The notes beneath the pieces were generated by a model, which saw nothing but the letters and a program-made list of their open reading frames with translations, searched no databases and was not told the DNA's origin. DNA of 64,000 nucleotides from Spirochaetales bacterium (GTDB lineage: Bacteria > Spirochaetota > Spirochaetia > SZUA-6 > JAFGRV01). The stretch spans positions 16,266 through 80,265 of the forward strand of contig JAFGWI010000033.1 in the NCBI GenBank assembly GCA_016937215.1, read 5' to 3'. How positions within the stretch are numbered: the stretch's first letter is position 1; each line of letters starts with the position of its first letter. This document shows, piece after piece, positions 49,816-59,548 of this stretch. Position numbers and translations under genes: made by a program.

Positions 49816-51111
49816 ATGCCAAAGGAATTAGAAAATATCGAGGACTATATTCCCTATATTCAACACAGAATAGACCATAAATATATAGAAGAATCCAGAA
49901 TATACATGCGCATTATCGAATATCTTTTTGATAAAAAAAACATCAGCGTTAACGGCGACATGACCCGGATAAACGGAGAATCCTGCCACGCGGTATACTC
50001 CGAAATCCTAGTCAAAGGAGCCAAGGTCCACCAGGAATTGGCCAAAAACAACAAAGCCGTTGAAGTCATCATGCCGCGGCATCGCAGCTTGTTCGACTAT
50101 TCGGTTGAACAGCCAGTTCATCATCGCCTTATCAATCCCAATGTCATGCTTGTCGCAGGAGACAATCTTTTTGTCGGTCAATTCAATCACTTTATGCGCA
50201 AATACGGCGCCTTCAAATTCCTTCGCAAGGACGTAACCCTTAAATATCCGGGCTTGCCACCGGTATTCCTGTCGCAAAGTCGCTATATGGATGAATTGTT
50301 TCCCTGCTACCTGAAACACGAAATGATAGAAGCCAAAGGCTGGGACAAAAAACACATGGACATGATTGTTTACGCGGAGCAGGAAAAACACCCAAGCACT
50401 AAAAAAAGGGGCGGAGGCCGAAGCAAAACAGGCAAATTACGCGATCTCAATTTTTCCTTTTTTGACAAATTCCGCGCTATTTCCAGGGATTCCGGCATTC
50501 AGCTGTATATCGTACCAGTCAATGGAGGGCTTTCAAAGGTACCTGAAGTCCCCTATATTGTCGACCCTCCACCGGCAAAGGGAATCATGCGTGCAGTGCG
50601 CTATGCCCTGGAACAGTATTTCTGTTTCATTTCTTATCCCAAATTTGCCATAAAAAAACCCAAGGCCAAATTAAAAGCCATTGTGCAATACGGAGACCCC
50701 ATCCCCCTGGAAACCAATTTCAAATCTATGCGCGACTTGTTCATTTATTCCACGGAAATTCGCGATAAAATAGGCAAACTTGAAAGCATTTTTCCCGTTA
50801 CCTTGATATACAGAGCCATGGAAAACGAAGAAAAGGTGAATCTGAAAAAACTCGAAGAACGAATGAAGCAATTACTGGAAAAATATCAAAAACAGGACAT
50901 TATCGTAAGCCCCTGCGTGGATAAACAAGGCAATTTACTCCCTGTAAAGGAAATGACCGAGGAAGCTGTGGAGCACCTTAATCTGAACCCCAATTACTAT
51001 ATCAAAGAAGCCAAAAACGGAAAGTTTCTGAAATTAAAGGGCGACCAGATAATTTCACTCCACCCCGCTGTGCAGCAATGGTATTACAATAACGTCATTC
51101 ATCTTGATTAA
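49816..51111 (+). CDS. PlsB/PlsC-like acyltransferase-domain protein
   Basis: HRSLFD (HX4D), AGDNL and GGRSKTG. Confidence 0.7.
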   Translation: MPKELENIEDYIPYIQHRIDHKYIEESRIYMRIIEYLFDKKNISVNGDMTRINGESCHAVYSEILVKGAKVHQELAKNNKAVEVIMPRHRSLFDYSVEQPVHHRLINPNVMLVAGDNLFVGQFNHFMRKYGAFKFLRKDVTLKYPGLPPVFLSQSRYMDELFPCYLKHEMIEAKGWDKKHMDMIVYAEQEKHPSTKKRGGGRSKTGKLRDLNFSFFDKFRAISRDSGIQLYIVPVNGGLSKVPEVPYIVDPPPAKGIMRAVRYALEQYFCFISYPKFAIKKPKAKLKAIVQYGDPIPLETNFKSMRDLFIYSTEIRDKIGKLESIFPVTLIYRAMENEEKVNLKKLEERMKQLLEKYQKQDIIVSPCVDKQGNLLPVKEMTEEAVEHLNLNPNYYIKEAKNGKFLKLKGDQIISLHPAVQQWYYNNVIHLD

Positions 51112-51129
51112 GGGGCAATCCTGACCTGA

Positions 51130-51471
51130 TCAATGATCAACCGTGCCAATAGAAAATTCCCCTATTTTTTTAGCCAACTCCTGGCCCAGGCCCAGGAATT
51201 CAATACCATTATCATAAAGCTTTTCACCCCCACTTTTTGCCTCGCGAACCCACACAACCCGCCCCTTCACCTGCAGGGGTTCCAATTCTCCGGGTAAAGT
51301 AAAATTAAAGGCATAACAACTGTCTTTTTCCAGCGGATACGCGATAGTGGTAATACACAAACCGCCCTGGCTGATATCCTTACTCTGGCAAAAATGGCTC
51401 TCATCCTCACCCTCAATCCTATGCTCAATATCAACCACCAATAAATACCGATGATATTTTCGTTTTTCCAT
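51130..51471 (-). CDS. Stand-alone PilZ domain protein
   Basis: RKYHR (RxxxR), DISQGG (DxSxxG) and GRVVW. Confidence 0.9.
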   Translation of the reverse strand: MEKRKYHRYLLVVDIEHRIEGEDESHFCQSKDISQGGLCITTIAYPLEKDSCYAFNFTLPGELEPLQVKGRVVWVREAKSGGEKLYDNGIEFLGLGQELAKKIGEFSIGTVDH

Positions 51472-51567
51472 GTTAAATTAAATTGTAATGCTTTTCAGTC
51501 AAAAGTCAAAATTTTTTAATCCAAAAAATTTCCAAACAGAGCGTGAATATCAAAATAAAAATATCCT

Positions 51568-51722
51568 GGGCGTTCCCCTGTTCCGCTCCTCTTCACAGGG
51601 TCGGGCTATGCGTTACTCCGGCTTTGCCTCCGAAGGTTTTGGCACGGAAATTATCCGCGCCAAAACGCTTTACCTGGCAGGTTTTGAAAAACCTGCCAGG
51701 TATAACTCCTATCCCTAACGCG
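51568..51722 (+). repeat. Structured repeat family A, copy R8
   Basis: GGGCGTTCCCCTG...CAGGGTCGGGCTATGCG...GTTTTGGCACGGA-AATTA-TCCGCGCCAAAAC...TACCTGGCAGGTTTT/AAAACCTGCCAGGTA...CTATCCCTAACGCG. Confidence 0.88.
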
Positions 51723-51904
51723 AAGAAATATCAGCCCATTTTCTTTTGAACAATGCGGATAGTTGAATAAAAAGCAGAGCTTTCCTGTGCCCAAAAAAAT
51801 CACTAAAACTTTCCTCCCATACTCGAACCAGACCCAAGAAGCAATAGCTGTTCCGGAAACCGTGAAAACACGGGCTATCGCACTTTATCAATAACAATTC
51901 TGTC

Positions 51905-51940
51905 AAAAAAAAAGCAGGAACGAAATAACTTCGTTCCTGC
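51905..51940 (-). terminator. Terminator of the GH10-dockerin gene
   Basis: A-run followed by GCAGGAACGAA-ATAAC-TTCGTTCCTGC. Confidence 0.85.
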
Positions 51941-51971
51941 CGAATATGACTCCTATTTTTAACACATTAAA

Positions 51972-53288
51972 CTAGCATTGGAAAGCTGGCACAAGATTAA
52001 CATAATACTGAGCGATCAAAAGAGCGTCAACAATATCAACAGCGCCATTACAATTAACATCAGCGCTTTCCTGATAGAAATTCTGTACTGGCAAGCTCAC
52101 ATAATTCTGAGCAATCAAAAGGGCATCCACAATATTTATCGCATTATCATGATTGCAATCTCCCAAATCAAAGGGTTCAGCTGTTGGAACAGGTGTCGGG
52201 GTCGGAGTTTCCGATAATTCCTCGATTTTTTCCTGCATGGCTCGCTGAATTCCATAATACGCGGGTTTTTTCTGACCATTGTCATTGAAAATAAGAGGCG
52301 CGACAGCTTTGTCCTCCGGTGCGTCAGGATTAATTCGCCAATTCTGACTGTCCCGGATACCCCATACCTGCAAAACCTTAAACATCGGCTGATCAAGAGC
52401 CACTTTGGTTATCCAGTAATAAATATCGCCTTGAGCCTCAAGCCCGCTTGTGGATGTATTGGGAGCTCCCCCATCCATTTCAGTAATATAACTTTCAAGG
52501 CCAATATCAGCGAGTTTCTGAAGTTTTTCACCAAAGCTCCTTGCCATGGCTTCGGTAAAATCAGGGTTCAAATGCATCTGAAAACCTACACCAGTAATTG
52601 GAATTCCTCGTTGCATATAATCCTTCATGGCAGTGTACATACCGTTAAATTTGGCATCGAGAGTTGAAATAGAATAATCATTGTAAATCAACCTGGCATT
52701 GGGATCAACACGATGGGCGATTTTAAAGGCGTCTTCAATATATTGCTTACCTTGTCGTTGGCCAAAAACAGAAGCGCCATCCTGACCATTTGACCCAATG
52801 GCATTGATACGAAAAGTTCCATCACGGTGAAAAGCTTCGTTAACAACATCCCAGCCCCAGATTTGACCTTTGAAATGGTTGCCAACCGCAGTAATGTATT
52901 CTTCCATCATGCTTTTGGTTCCATCCACCCAGCCAGGATTATATTTATGCCACACAAAGGCATGGCCATGAACCAGCATATTATTTTGTCGTGCCAGATT
53001 CACAACCCGGTCACCGCCACTGTAATTATATTGGCCTCTATTTGGTGAAATGGTTCCGATTTTCATATCATTTTCGCATGTCATGATGTCAAATTCGGTA
53101 GTAACTATATTCTGGTCACTTCCACCAAGATTCGAAGGCACAGCGGCCCCGATATAAAATTCCCTTCCCAAATCCCTGAGCTGCTTTGATAAGCTTTTAA
53201 GGGATTGAGCTGATGCTGTAACACTCAAACCTCCCAATAAAAGAACAGCCAGAACAATAACAGAAATTACTTTTCTTTTTTTACCCAC
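51972..53288 (-). CDS. Secreted GH10 xylanase with a Pro/Thr linker and C-terminal dockerin
   Basis: TCENDMK, HGHAFVWH, WDVVNE and ITEMD, then GDCNHDNAINIVDALLIAQ..ADVNCNGAVDIVDALLIAQYY. Confidence 0.92.
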   Translation of the reverse strand: MGKKRKVISVIVLAVLLLGGLSVTASAQSLKSLSKQLRDLGREFYIGAAVPSNLGGSDQNIVTTEFDIMTCENDMKIGTISPNRGQYNYSGGDRVVNLARQNNMLVHGHAFVWHKYNPGWVDGTKSMMEEYITAVGNHFKGQIWGWDVVNEAFHRDGTFRINAIGSNGQDGASVFGQRQGKQYIEDAFKIAHRVDPNARLIYNDYSISTLDAKFNGMYTAMKDYMQRGIPITGVGFQMHLNPDFTEAMARSFGEKLQKLADIGLESYITEMDGGAPNTSTSGLEAQGDIYYWITKVALDQPMFKVLQVWGIRDSQNWRINPDAPEDKAVAPLIFNDNGQKKPAYYGIQRAMQEKIEELSETPTPTPVPTAEPFDLGDCNHDNAINIVDALLIAQNYVSLPVQNFYQESADVNCNGAVDIVDALLIAQYYVNLVPAFQC

Positions 53289-53483
53289 TTACTTCTCCTT
53301 GAATTATCAATTTTATTTTATGGTTTCGTTTCAATTAATTTATCACAAAAAATGGGAAAACAATATAAGGGTTTCCCAAGTAATATACATAAGATGAATT
53401 CCAGTATGGTCCTTAAGTGATTACTGCTATTATTGTAACAATACGGTAATAAATCCTATTCCCGACATCACATAGCACCAACG

Positions 53484-53520
53484 AAAAAGAGGCCGCATCA
53501 GGCAATACGGCCTCTTTTTT
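53484..53520. terminator. Bidirectional terminator
   Basis: AAAAAGAGGCCG...CGGCCTCTTTTT. Confidence 0.8.
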
Positions 53521-53600
53521 ATTTCGTGAAATCCATCAATGGAGGCCGGTCATGGGCAATTCAGAAAAAATCGCTCACTCCAGCGCATCCAAAAATTCTA

Positions 53601-54746
53601 TCAGGGCAGATTCTTGGAAGCCATTTCCCAGGCAGAATCCCGGCAGATGTTACAGGTCGAACCAACAAGAAAACCCTTGCCTGTTGCGCTCATATCGTCT
53701 TTTAGCCACCAGTTTAGCCAGGCTAAAGTGACCTGACCGAATAATCCACCATTGTCGTCATTCAGAGTGCCGCCATGACCGACATTCCTGCTAACAAACA
53801 TCGCGGGAACAGCACCGTTTTTAATCGCTTGAAAATCTCTTTTGCCGTTAGCGTAAGCCATATCACTGGTGCCGCCTTCGAGAAAAAGAACCGGCGTTTG
53901 AAAGGAATCGATGACCGACTGATTCGCGCTTGTCATGCCGCTGCTCACGGGCATGAAAGTGGTTAAAACAGGATCCTTCATGGAGCCTGCGCCCTCGGCC
54001 ATAATGCCACCGCAGGAAAATCCGAATGCCGCGGTCTTTGTTGCATCAAGACTCTGGTAGTACTGACTGCAGGGGTTGTCGTTCTCTCTGATCGCCCATT
54101 TGATAGCATCGAGCAGACACACTCCACCCCTTAAATCCATACTGTAAGCAGTACCACAACCGCCGCCGCTGCCATTGGGTGTGCCATCGGCGATCACCAG
54201 GTAGCCATGAGAGGCAAGCTGCCCACAGTACTCAGTATTGGATAATCCATCAGTAGAACAAGCCCCCTGGCCCCAGGAAGCAATGGGATATTTTTTTCCA
54301 GGCGCCAAATCGGATGGTCTGAAAATGGTGAATTTGGGCAAACCAGGATCAGTTTCAACCACAACCTGATGAGAGCCGGTAAAAGAGCTGCCGGTAAAAT
54401 TGACATTTACCTTCTGCGGAGTTGGATTGGGAGTACAATTCGGTGCCTGTGGTGTTGGCGTTGGCGTATTAGGACAATTTAGCCCGTTTATCAGATTGAT
54501 ATAATACCTTGCGATTTGTAACGCGTCCACAATATTGATTTCATTATCCCCATTTACATCGGCAACCGATGTCACAAACCCTGTTGGATCCAGCTGGACA
54601 TAATACTGAGCGATGAGCAATGCGTCCACGATGTCAACCGTGCCGTTTGAATTAACATCACCGCATTCCTGCGCGAATCCCTGGGCAATGCTGAATAAAA
54701 ACATCAGCAAAACCAGTACTGCGAATTTCTTTTTCTTTTTTTCCAT
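53601..54746 (-). CDS. Secreted N-terminal dockerin plus alpha/beta hydrolase (cutinase/polyesterase-like esterase)
   Basis: CGDVNSNGTVDIVDALLIAQYY..ADVNGDNEINIVDALQIARYY, PTPTP linker, GFSCGG nucleophile motif, GGTSD and GHGG. Confidence 0.85.
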   Translation of the reverse strand: MEKKKKKFAVLVLLMFLFSIAQGFAQECGDVNSNGTVDIVDALLIAQYYVQLDPTGFVTSVADVNGDNEINIVDALQIARYYINLINGLNCPNTPTPTPQAPNCTPNPTPQKVNVNFTGSSFTGSHQVVVETDPGLPKFTIFRPSDLAPGKKYPIASWGQGACSTDGLSNTEYCGQLASHGYLVIADGTPNGSGGGCGTAYSMDLRGGVCLLDAIKWAIRENDNPCSQYYQSLDATKTAAFGFSCGGIMAEGAGSMKDPVLTTFMPVSSGMTSANQSVIDSFQTPVLFLEGGTSDMAYANGKRDFQAIKNGAVPAMFVSRNVGHGGTLNDDNGGLFGQVTLAWLNWWLKDDMSATGKGFLVGSTCNICRDSAWEMASKNLP

Positions 54747-55357
54747 TAAAAATCTCCTTATGAAATAATATTAATAATCGCCTGATTCAGGCGTTTTGAC
54801 AGCGGATAAAAAAGTATAAAAAAAGAACCATTTCTTTATCATCACCTCAACAAATTTATAAATCTATACAGGAGAATAAATAAAAAAACAAATTTGATTG
54901 ATGATCAGTAATTACTTTTCAATTATTAAAATTTCTAACTTCGTTTTTTTGATAGATTTTCTTGTTCTAAAAGAACCTTTATCTCCATTTTCCGAATGAT
55001 CACTTCCACTTTAAAAAAAATAATATTTCCACAAAACAGATCTTTTTGTAAATAAATCTGCTTATTTATCATATCATAAAATCAGTGATAATTGTTGAAT
55101 TTCAGATTATTTTTTTTAAATTCCAAATGCCAGACAGTTGAAGATTTCCCAGATTGATGGGAGCTTTTTTATAAGTGATTTCACTGAATGTAATAAGCTA
55201 ATAGAAATACCTGGTCCAGGATTTGGTAAAATACTTTTAAGTGAGCAACAGGTACGCCGCTGTCATCCCAGCCATTCTCAATTTGAGTACAAATTGTACG
55301 AATTGCGCACGATTTTCAACGAATTAGCTGCAATTCTAAATGTGACCGATTATAAGA

Positions 55358-55394
55358 GTAGATTCTTCGTCGTACCTCCTCAGAATGACATCGG
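55358..55394. repeat. Family C REP arm
   Basis: GTAGATTCTTCGTCGTACCTCCTCAGAATGACATCGG, identical to 33864-33900. Confidence 0.85.
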
Positions 55395-55532
55395 AAAACA
55401 TTTTTTACATCTACTGAATAGTTAAAATTCCTTTAAGTGAGCAGCGGGTATTTGAAATGATTGTAACCAGGGTGATACACATTCTATTGGAAAAATGGCA
55501 TTTCATTAGCCTAAAACAGGCTTCGGATTTTA

Positions 55533-55684
55533 CGCGTTAGGGATTGGAACGACAGAAAGCCCTTTTTTCAAAAAGGGCTTTCTGAAAAACCTGGGCACGA
55601 CAATTCCGTGCCCAGGTTTTTCACAGCGGAGCGGAGTCGTGTAAAGCCCGGACCTGCTGGAATGGAATGAAAGCAGGTAACGCC
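55533..55684 (-). repeat. Structured repeat family A, copy R9
   Basis: Minus: GGCGTTACCTGC...GCAGGTCCGGGCTTT...AAAACCTGGGCACG/CGTGCCCAGGTTTT...CAGAAAGCCCTTTT/AAAAGGGCTTTCTG...CCAATCCCTAACGCG. Confidence 0.88.
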
Positions 55685-55717
55685 AATACTAGAACTCAAC
55701 AATAAAAAATCCGCAAA

Positions 55718-56533
55718 TCAGATTTCCTTCAGCAATCCAAGAGTTTTTCGAGGCAGCCAGGTTCGTCGGCCGTCATTCAGCTCAATCTGAAGCCAGTCCT
55801 GGCGTTCTTCCACGATTATAAACTCTGTTCCGCTGTGTAAGGGTTCCTGAAAGCTTGGTTCAAAGGAAGCGCTGTCACCCTTTCTTGCCACAACCTCTTC
55901 TGCCAGAATAACCCCCTGGGTCTGATTAGCGCGGGCCCATTGGTCCACTGTCATGGAAACAAAGAAAAAGCACGAGACCAAGGCACAGCCAATCAATATA
56001 TTCAAAAAAACTTTTTTGTGTATAAAAATCATCAGAGCCGCTAAAACCCATACTCCAACAAAACTGATGACAAATATCAGTGTTTTTACATCACTGGACA
56101 GATCAAAATGAAAAAACAACAGGGTTTTCAGTATTTTGACCTCTTCCTTATCCTGAATCGAATCGATTCGTTTGGAACGCGCGTAGGTCAGATTCTGAAG
56201 GAGGTTGGCATCGCCGGGAGAAAATTCCAGGGCTTTTTTGTAATATAAAATAGCTTTTCCCAGATCATTTATCCTGAAGTAAGCATTCCCCATATTATAG
56301 TAGATAGCGCCATTTTTTATTCCCGCGTCCACTATCCCTTGAAAAAACTGGATGGAACGTTTGAACAAATCATCGGCCTTCCATGGTTCGTCTGTCGAGA
56401 TTTCAAGAGCGCTCTGGTAAGCTCGTGTCGCTTCCTCAAGCAAATGATCAACATCCTTTTGTTCAGATACAATTTCCTGAGCAGATAAATTCAAAGCCAC
56501 GAGCACAAGAAAGAAAAATAGCAGTCTTTTCAT
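55718..56533 (-). CDS. BatE-like TPR plus SH3-like protein
   Basis: YYNMGNAYFR..GKAILYYKKA, two TMs, and LHSGTEF..DWLQIEL.DGRRTWL. Confidence 0.85.
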   Translation of the reverse strand: MKRLLFFFLVLVALNLSAQEIVSEQKDVDHLLEEATRAYQSALEISTDEPWKADDLFKRSIQFFQGIVDAGIKNGAIYYNMGNAYFRINDLGKAILYYKKALEFSPGDANLLQNLTYARSKRIDSIQDKEEVKILKTLLFFHFDLSSDVKTLIFVISFVGVWVLAALMIFIHKKVFLNILIGCALVSCFFFVSMTVDQWARANQTQGVILAEEVVARKGDSASFEPSFQEPLHSGTEFIIVEERQDWLQIELNDGRRTWLPRKTLGLLKEI

Positions 56534-58356
56534 TAGAGCCCCCTTTCCAGTTGATTGATCAAGTTGATGACCCGGGTTTTCATTTCTTCCACCCCGACTT
56601 TACCCTGATTAGCATAACGAGCCGCTTCGCAAACCTCATAAATTGACCTGACTTCGTCGATAAGTTCCTGTGGTGTTTTTTCGGATTGCAGTATTGGTTT
56701 AAGATCGGCAAAGGTCAAGGCCCCTGCTTTTTTACTGAACTTCGCTCCAAAATAATATTTCAGCTGTTCCAAAAGCACATTATACTGGTCTGCTGAGGAA
56801 AGGGATTCATCCCAATTTCCAAGATTTTTTAAAACCTGCTGCAGGGCTAATTTAACCGGATTCCGACGAGCTTCAATAAGCGGCCGCAACCTAAACATAT
56901 AAAGCAAAACCAGATATGCCAAAGGAAGAATTATCAGAAAAAGGAGCATGGCAGGATGGGTCAAACCGGACAAACCCGCGTTTTGCGATCGCAAAACACT
57001 GGGACCAGTGTAATTATAGGCAATGCCCTCTTTCCATGATTCAACGTCCTTTTTTATTTCCTCGGGGTCTTCTCCCTGAACATCGAGATAAGTAAGAGTA
57101 GCTGTTGGTTCCACTTCAATCGGAATGGCTGGGGCCACTATTTTTTCATATTTCCCAGTTTTTGTGTTAAAACAGGGTATTTCAAGAGACGGGATTTCTT
57201 TCACATCCTTATTTGAAGCGCGAATGGTATGAAGAAAAAGCTTCTCGCTTCCCTGGATTTTTCCAGGCGCGCGGTCTTTTGGAATCTTGAAGTTTTCATT
57301 AAAGGCCGAAAGCTCGTTGAGATCGGGAATATCGTCATACTGCATATACAAGCCGCCGGACAATTTTACCGTATAGGTAATCGGATCACCTACTTTTACT
57401 TCCAAAGGATAGGCTTCAGCCGCGACCTTGTATTCACCCACCAAACCGCTGAAACCAGGAGGCCTATTAGCGCGGGGCAGTTCCAAAGATGTCAGCCGTG
57501 CTTGATTTGAGGGAACCACAAATTTTGAATACTGTTCCTTACGTACTGTCCGGCCAAAAAAATCCTGAACATTCCTGTAGCCAGACACCCCGTCAAAACT
57601 GACCGTAGCTTTATCCAGGACCAAATCACCACTAACCCGGGGAATCACGATCATGGAAAAACTCAGAGTATTGTATTTCTGACCATTTAAAGTTCCCTGG
57701 GCGATTTTCATGATCATCTCTTCATCATTCACCTGTATATTGACTAGATCATCCTTTTGGGTGCTTTTTGATTGGTCAACCGGTATAAAATGAAAACGAT
57801 CATCATTCAACAAGGGAACTGAAAAAATCGGGGATTGTATATTTGCCCCAAAATAAAGCGTAACTGAAAGGTAGATCTGTTCGCCTATATAGCATGAACT
57901 TTTAGATAAACTAACCCGGGCTTTAAAATTATCAACTTCAACGGGTTCCTGAATATAAACAGAGCTTGCCCCGGTTCGGAAAATTCGTCCATTTACTTTT
58001 ACGTCTATGGAAGGAACTGTCAAATTCCCGGCCCCTTTTGGAATCAATTTGTATTGAAAAACATATCCTTTGTTTTCATAACGAGTGGTTTGCCCATTAA
58101 CGGTCATCTGAAAGGTCTGGTTCGTATTCTGACCACCCATAAAGGATACGTTAAAATCGGTAAAACCGCTTAAATCAGGCTGGTCCGGGCTATCAGACCC
58201 GGTAACCTGAATCTGATAAACTATGGCTTCACCAACATAGGCATTTCTCTGACTAAGCTGAGCTTGAACGGAAATGTCTTCAGCAAAAAGCGACGTTGCC
58301 AAGAAAAAAAAGCAAAGCCCGAAAAGAATGATGAATCCCCTTGTCTGTTTCTTCAT
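56533..58356 (-). CDS. BatD-family protein
   Basis: Signal peptide, repeated VGE/IGE/VGD beta domains, FSGLVG and a C-terminal TM. Start reassigned to MKKQTRG. Confidence 0.85.
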   Translation of the reverse strand: MKKQTRGFIILFGLCFFFLATSLFAEDISVQAQLSQRNAYVGEAIVYQIQVTGSDSPDQPDLSGFTDFNVSFMGGQNTNQTFQMTVNGQTTRYENKGYVFQYKLIPKGAGNLTVPSIDVKVNGRIFRTGASSVYIQEPVEVDNFKARVSLSKSSCYIGEQIYLSVTLYFGANIQSPIFSVPLLNDDRFHFIPVDQSKSTQKDDLVNIQVNDEEMIMKIAQGTLNGQKYNTLSFSMIVIPRVSGDLVLDKATVSFDGVSGYRNVQDFFGRTVRKEQYSKFVVPSNQARLTSLELPRANRPPGFSGLVGEYKVAAEAYPLEVKVGDPITYTVKLSGGLYMQYDDIPDLNELSAFNENFKIPKDRAPGKIQGSEKLFLHTIRASNKDVKEIPSLEIPCFNTKTGKYEKIVAPAIPIEVEPTATLTYLDVQGEDPEEIKKDVESWKEGIAYNYTGPSVLRSQNAGLSGLTHPAMLLFLIILPLAYLVLLYMFRLRPLIEARRNPVKLALQQVLKNLGNWDESLSSADQYNVLLEQLKYYFGAKFSKKAGALTFADLKPILQSEKTPQELIDEVRSIYEVCEAARYANQGKVGVEEMKTRVINLINQLERGL

Positions 58357-58357
58357 T

Positions 58358-59548
58358 TTACCAATCCTTTTGTACATCCGAATAGGAACCGCGTATTTGG
58401 GCTTCCCTTTCCTCCTGCTGCTCTCGCTCTTCGTCCAAAATATCATCAGGTTTTTCCGCAAGAGAGGCCTGCTGCTTTTCATCCTCTTCAGCCTGGTTTT
58501 GATTATCCTGATTCTGCTGGTCCTGATCATTGGGTTGATCTTTATCCTGCTGGTTTTGTTGATCATCCTGAGACTTCTGGTCCTGCTGCTGATCTTGCGG
58601 CTGGTTCTGATCATCCCCCTGAGTCAGCAGCTCCAGGGCTTTAACCAGCAAATCCCGGGCTTTAATCTGGTTCTGCTGAGCAGGCTCCAGTGCCTGGCTT
58701 CGAAGCTCATCAGCCGCCTGGTTCTGAATCGGATCACTCTGGTCTATCAATTCCTTGGCTTGAGCTACCCCACCGGCTAACTGAGCGGCCATGGCACCCT
58801 TTTGCTGTTGTTCCTGAATAAGCTGTGCCATTTGCTGTGACAGATTCTGAGTATTGCTTCGATTAGCCCTCTGATCCTGTTCAAGCTTGGTCACTAAAGC
58901 CTGCCAGTTTCGGTCTTTGCTGTTATTCTTCAGATAAGCCTGAAGCTGAGCATTGGCCTTTACCTCGCGATCCTCTTCCTTTATCAGTTTTTGAAGTTCC
59001 TCAACAATTTTCTTTACCTTATCCTGGAATTCCTTGTCCTTTTCAGCCTGATCTTTTAATTGATCAATCAAATCCTTCATGATTAAACGGGCCAATTCAA
59101 TATTCCTTGACGCATCCTCGCTGAGCGATTTATCAAGGTCCATGGCTTCTTCATAATTAACAATGCTCTGTCTGAAAAGGTCAATAGCTTCTTTGAGTTT
59201 TTGCGCTTGCGCGTTCTGCTGGGCATCCATAAAAAAACTATTACCCATGTTAAAACGTGATTTTCCTTCAAGAGAAAGCTTAGTCGTTTGATTGATGGCC
59301 TTTTCATAGGCCTTACGGGCTTCTTCAAATTCGCCTAAGCGAAAATAACTGTTCCCTTTATTAAAATAGGCTTCTGGCAACTCGGGAGAGGTTACCAAGG
59401 CCGCGTCATACTGATCAATAGCAGCCTGATAATCGCCCTGGTGATAGACCTCGTTTCCTTTATGCATATCCTCATTTCCGCCCATGGCAAAAAGAGGAAG
59501 TGAAAAACAGATAAAAACAAAAAGCAATAACATATAAAACTTTTTCAT
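58358..59548 (-). CDS. BatC-like TPR protein with a Gln/Asp-rich low-complexity region
   Basis: GNEVYHQGDY, YFNKGNSYFR, a Q/D/N-rich tract and terminal KDW. Confidence 0.85.
   Translation of the reverse strand: MKKFYMLLLFVFICFSLPLFAMGGNEDMHKGNEVYHQGDYQAAIDQYDAALVTSPELPEAYFNKGNSYFRLGEFEEARKAYEKAINQTTKLSLEGKSRFNMGNSFFMDAQQNAQAQKLKEAIDLFRQSIVNYEEAMDLDKSLSEDASRNIELARLIMKDLIDQLKDQAEKDKEFQDKVKKIVEELQKLIKEEDREVKANAQLQAYLKNNSKDRNWQALVTKLEQDQRANRSNTQNLSQQMAQLIQEQQQKGAMAAQLAGGVAQAKELIDQSDPIQNQAADELRSQALEPAQQNQIKARDLLVKALELLTQGDDQNQPQDQQQDQKSQDDQQNQQDKDQPNDQDQQNQDNQNQAEEDEKQQASLAEKPDDILDEEREQQEEREAQIRGSYSDVQKDW

Noticed and set aside
48570-53445. TGTAAC motifs upstream of both xylanase genes as a shared operator
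   Set aside because: The motif is too short for AT-rich DNA, and the arrangements differ (direct repeat versus palindrome).
58274-58780. Very hydrophobic Leu/Ile-repeat ORF on the plus strand
   Set aside because: It is the antisense shadow of the Gln/Asp-rich tract in the BatC-like gene. The 86 aa N-terminal extension of the BatD ORF is the same tract in another frame.
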